Shown: positions 61,201-64,000 of the stretch, in pieces
How the letters are laid out: each line of letters starts with the position of its first letter
Numbering within the stretch: position 1 is the first letter of the stretch
Source of the DNA: Acanthaster planci
Lineage: Eukaryota
Assembly: GCF_001949145.1 (NCBI RefSeq)
Contig: NW_019091362.1
Span: 2,363,838 to 2,427,837 of the forward strand
Length of the DNA: 64,000 nucleotides
Reading direction: 5' to 3'
The notes under the pieces: generated by a model
What the model was told of the DNA's origin: nothing
The model's database searches: none
Seen by the model: the letters and a program-made list of their open reading frames with translations, nothing else
Program-made: the position numbers and the translations under genes

Positions 61201-63547
61201 AAATTTTAATCAATTTGTTTGAAACTCAATCCTGCAGAGACTGCAACATTCAACGAGGACGATATTTCAAGCTGACAAAGGGCACTGTCCTCTAAAAGTT
61301 AATATCAGGATAATTCTTGTGCAATAAATATACAGAAGTTGTGAGATGGTTCCCGAACTGCAAAGGTCACATATCCATTATCTTTGATCTCTTCCTAATT
61401 GCAAAGAGCTAATCCATTATCTAGGTTCTTCTTCCACGAGTCCCAGTCACATTAATGATGTTCATTGACTCCTGCTGGTAGCCCTTACATCATGGAAGCA
61501 TACATGTGGTATATCAACTCAGCAACGGCTGCTCAGCAACATTTATCATGTTTATATCCATATCCTCTAAAATCTCCCTTGGAATAGATGTCCTAGTTCA
61601 CCACAGTTCCCATCCTCATTGTTTTCCAATATGTCAACTCCACAAACCCTGACGAATATTCTATGAAGTGCTGCACCCGTAAGTGACTACTGACGACAGA
61701 CATTAATGACTCCGGTTGAAATCCAGGCAACAAGCCATTTTACACACTAAACCCATACCTGCATTTCCACCACTTCCTGCCATGTTGCATAATCTCTTAT
61801 CTCCCAACACCAGAGACTGAGAATACATTACCAACAGGGGAGAATCAATTCAGTCATAAACTTTGTCCATAGTGTCACTCGAATTTTGTCCTCTCATGAC
61901 GAGTATTTTGACTGTTCTTTTTCCAACTCATTCAAATCTTATGTAACAGTAAAACCATTTATATCTGCTCTGTATTCAGGTAAGATCGGCTCTGAAATTT
62001 AATTTAAAATTTCAAATAGCACAGGTAATCAAATAATACTTACAAAAGATGGAGCACAAACATACTGCCTTGACAAGTGATTTTTACGATGTATATTGCA
62101 AGCACCAGAATAATAAATCCAAAGACCAGAGCAAACCAGGAACACGGAAGCAAACGTTGCGCATTTACTACTATCCCATTGCTAAGTGACTACAAAAACC
62201 CCCAACTGCCATTGGTCCTATCAAATTGTTCGGTCCCACTGCAGATGTCTCCCGAAACTGTTTTCTGTGAAACGGTGACTTGGAGTAATGGGAATAATAA
62301 TGTGGCAGTCCGGGGAGCACAAACTGGGATCTGTCTACAAACCTTTGGACCCCCGCGCAAACACATTAAACTTGTCTGGAGGCCGACATGCGCTGATAAA
62401 AATGTATAAACGGGCAGAGATGTCAAACCAGGCAGACATATTGGTCAAGGTCTTTGTTTTGGGGCTTGCTAAATAATGAACGTGCTGATTTACCTCAGTT
62501 TGTTCGGGATTAAACAAAGAAGCTTTTTTTTTAACACAGTTCCAACACTAGATTTGGAGAGCTTATGCTGGGTGTTCGCATTGTCAGAAGGCCATTTCAT
62601 TCTGTTTTTATGCTTTTTGATCTTGAGACAAAAGAAATTAGGATCCCCACCCACAAAAAGAAAACAGCTGGAGTGTTTTAGGGAACAGTAAAGAGGTTAA
62701 TCAGTTTAAGAGCTTTATGGCTAGACTGTGAAGCTGTTTTTATAGATCAAACCTTTTATCAGCCCCGTTTGTCAGGGTAAAGGTGACAAAACTGATCCAT
62801 CTGATCAAAATGGATTCCATGACTTTTGGTGGGGGTAAAAAAGGGGGAAGATCTTCAGACTCCTAGCTTGCTGTTTTATATTTCTTGCTCTTTCAGAGAT
62901 AAATGGGGTTTGCGATGGTAATTCATGCAAGATGTTAAAACTCCTACTCATCGACACGAGCAGTGACAGACTCAGACAAAGGCTTCAACTCAGAGAGTTT
63001 AGAAACCATTACAATCTTACTCCAACTCCCAAGTATTCCTGATAAAAATACCACTGAACCTGTCCTTGTTAGTGCAATCCAAATCACACCACCTCCTCAG
63101 TTATTCACAGAAAACCAAATCTGCCTCTCCTCCAAGCTATATTTTAACATATATATGTTTCAAGGCGTGATCATTTGACATAACCAAAAGTAACATCGCT
63201 TTCAAATGCTTATCCAAACTACTGAAGAATGCCCAAAGCACACAGCACCTTGCAACACTCTCTGTGCAGTCCAACGACTACTTACAGATGATGGAGTCTT
63301 TGCCCAAGGACTGTTTTCGGAGCAGTGCGCCTGGGTCTCCCCCCAGCAGCGGCTGGCCGTTGCGCTGCTGCTGCTGTTGCTGCTGGTGCTCCCCGGCGAC
63401 GGCGGCTTGCTGGGTGTACTTCAGGAGCTCGATCTTGGTGCGCAGTTCCTGGAGTTCGCTGTCCTTCTGGTCGGCATCGCTTGTCAGCTGCTGGAGCCGA
63501 TTGGTCATGTTCGACAGGCTCTGCTCGAAGGCTGCCACCACATGGGC
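49149..63547 (-). CDS. NAV2: Neuron navigator (NAV2-like; unc-53/sickie family), C-terminal ~787 aa; 5' part lies beyond the right edge
   Basis: 14 GT-AG exons join in frame (2364 nt including stop). They contain AHVVAAFEQSLSNMT, KKKKHW-LRSSF, LREKESKLTDVKLEALSS, Walker A GPSGTGKT, VIILDNLHH, IGPRLFLSCP, WFTDLWNYSIVPYL and MLMRLQEAA, all navigator-family motifs. Confidence 0.95.
51158..51232 (-). CDS. NAV2: Alternative NAV C-terminal exon B (LSMLMHLQEASGYSSPRSCASPTI*), paralogous to the distal last exon
   Basis: ctaac branch point, pyrimidine tract and gacag acceptor; phase 0; 11 of 21 aa identical to the exon at 49149..49283; AG|gtaggt donor 8 nt after the stop (exon would end at 51150). 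Confidence 0.8.
   Translation of the reverse strand: MSMLMHLQEASGYSSPRSCASPTI
51957..52154 (-). CDS. NAV2: NAV exon (LYGRKASWEDP...LRLRPEDVGFDGY...EGDPL)
   Basis: 66 codons; gtaagt donor. Confidence 0.93.
52773..53088 (-). CDS. NAV2: NAV exon (WVLCANHMEPVKGFLGRFLRRKL...YLLEAVREGLQ)
   Basis: Highly conserved AAA C-terminal segment; phase 2 to 0. Confidence 0.95.
53759..53932 (-). CDS. NAV2: NAV exon with Walker B-like motif (LPSVIILDNLHHVGSLG...IIGTMNQ...LHHNFR)
   Basis: AAA Walker B-like and sensor motifs; phase 2/2. Confidence 0.94.
54288..54398 (-). CDS. NAV2: NAV exon (SGKESSESTIAIFNVDHKSSKELKQYLTNVADQCET)
   Basis: FNVDHKSSKEL motif; phase 2/2. Confidence 0.92.
55000..55171 (-). CDS. 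NAV2: NAV exon with AAA Walker A (LIPKPILQRYISLLLEHRRIILCGPSGTGKT...)
   Basis: P-loop GPSGTGKT; phase 1 to 2; missed by the ORF track. Confidence 0.94.
55493..55661 (-). CDS. NAV2: NAV exon (EYVLRIDPVTNIGLS...PELLPCGYLVGDN...VK)
   Basis: PELLPCGYLVG motif; phase 0 to 1. Confidence 0.93.
56138..56239 (-). CDS. NAV2: NAV exon (NVMPKQQEVFIGTIGISSKTNWDTLDSVVKRIFK)
   Basis: IGxIG.S.KTxWDxLD motif; phase 0/0; a possible second in-frame acceptor lies 21 nt inside. Confidence 0.88.
56590..56690 (-). CDS. NAV2: NAV exon (DILLDDNSG...VKQAE)
   Basis: ttttcag acceptor; DILLDD motif; phase 1 to 0. Confidence 0.85.
57112..57292 (-). CDS. NAV2: NAV exon (NELSTLKQENERLQ...SDHGSL)
   Basis: LKxENxRL motif; phase 0 to 1; gtatgt donor. 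Confidence 0.88.
57801..57951 (-). CDS. NAV2: NAV exon (IYDAEK...LREKESKLTDVKLEALSSQHQLDQMKESMSKMK), coiled coil
   Basis: Conserved LTDxxLEALSS motif; phase 2 to 0. Confidence 0.92.
58439..58584 (-). CDS. NAV2: NAV exon (LRSSFRAAFSRKK...SASTSA)
   Basis: LRSSF motif; phase 0 to 2; gtgagt donor. Confidence 0.9.
59896..59913 (-). CDS. NAV2: Candidate alternatively spliced 18-nt NAV microexon (ISSGDK)
   Basis: gcacag|ATATCATCAGGCGATAAG|gtatag; phase 0/0 and in frame between KKKKHW and LRSSF; YCAY cluster upstream, TGCATG downstream. Confidence 0.65.
60836..60981 (-). CDS. NAV2: NAV exon (FPEVRISRQLSTDSMSSL...KKKKHW)
   Basis: Ser-rich RQxSxDSxSS plus KKKKxW motif; phase 1 to 0. Confidence 0.9.
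63286..63547 (-). CDS. NAV2: NAV exon (AHVVAAFEQSLSNMTNRLQQL...polyQ...KDSII), coiled coil
   Basis: atgcag acceptor, gtaagt donor; phase 0 to 1. Confidence 0.92.
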
Positions 63548-64000
63548 CTGCATGAATAAAAAAAAGTGGAAGAGAAACAACATAAACATACCTGCACTCC
63601 ATGTGACAAATTAAAGCCCAAACCTTGGTAAAGTTATGCTTATATTGAGATGCTACATTTCAAATATGACCTCTCTCTGTCACTTTTAAAGGCTCTGACT
63701 TCATCAATTGTATCCATGTTTTTTAAACTCTTTTAAACTAAATTTGAACTTACTTGCAAGATCCAATAAAGTTATGAAGCTTATTACAGAAGTCTACAAT
63801 ATTTTGTTGAAAGATCAAACTTGATAACCTCTCACTGATAAAACAAAAGCATTTGGCAACTAGTGTGTGAGAAATCTTTCAAGTCATTTTTTTCTCAAAA
63901 TACCACTGTTTGGCTACACAAAATCCTGAGCACTCAGACCTAATCTCTTGCAAATCTCTAAGACTGGGTTTCTTTATAATTGTTTCCATTGTTCATTTTT

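Noticed and set aside
61755..61785. Another 18-nt AG...GT segment in the same NAV intron
   Set aside because: Purine-rich acceptor region, and it would also create a T|GA stop.
63021..63038. 18-nt AG...GT segment (GAATACTTGGGAGTTGGA) in a NAV intron resembling a microexon
   Set aside because: The preceding exon ends in phase 1 with T, so inclusion creates TGA immediately. It could only be a poison exon, and nothing else supports that.
63206..63614. Several overlapping long ORFs on both strands (also at 8991-9399, 11013-11426, 11753-12161 and 52914-53237)
   Set aside because: Antisense or alternative-frame shadows of GC-rich real exons.

Overview
AT-rich, intron-rich animal genomic DNA (invertebrate-like; taxon not determined). 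Two genes lie on the minus strand. (1) The 3' part of a neuron navigator gene (NAV2/unc-53/sickie family: coiled coils plus AAA+ ATPase), with 14 constitutive exons from 63547 to the stop at 49149 and a probable ~3.6 kb 3'UTR. (2) Downstream of it, a DENND5 (Rab6-interacting DENN/RUN/PLAT) gene with 17 coding exons traced from the ATG at 41376 to 956, continuing off the left edge, with a 23.8 kb first coding intron. All exon junctions were read by hand; they are GT-AG and phase-consistent. The introns hold several non-autonomous DNA transposons (TTAA-flanked piggyBac-like, 8-bp-TSD hAT-like, TA-flanked), a LINE 3' remnant, tRNA-derived SINE-like heads and minisatellites. The most interesting observations are: a duplicated, selectively conserved alternative C-terminal exon of NAV; an in-frame 18-nt NAV microexon flanked by YCAY, UGC and UGCAUG motifs; and a sharply bounded ~27 kb zone crowded with TA-C(N)1-2G-TA words (TACATGTA, TACCGGTA, TACAGTA and others), often chained through shared TAs, which resemble accumulated Tc1/mariner excision footprints.
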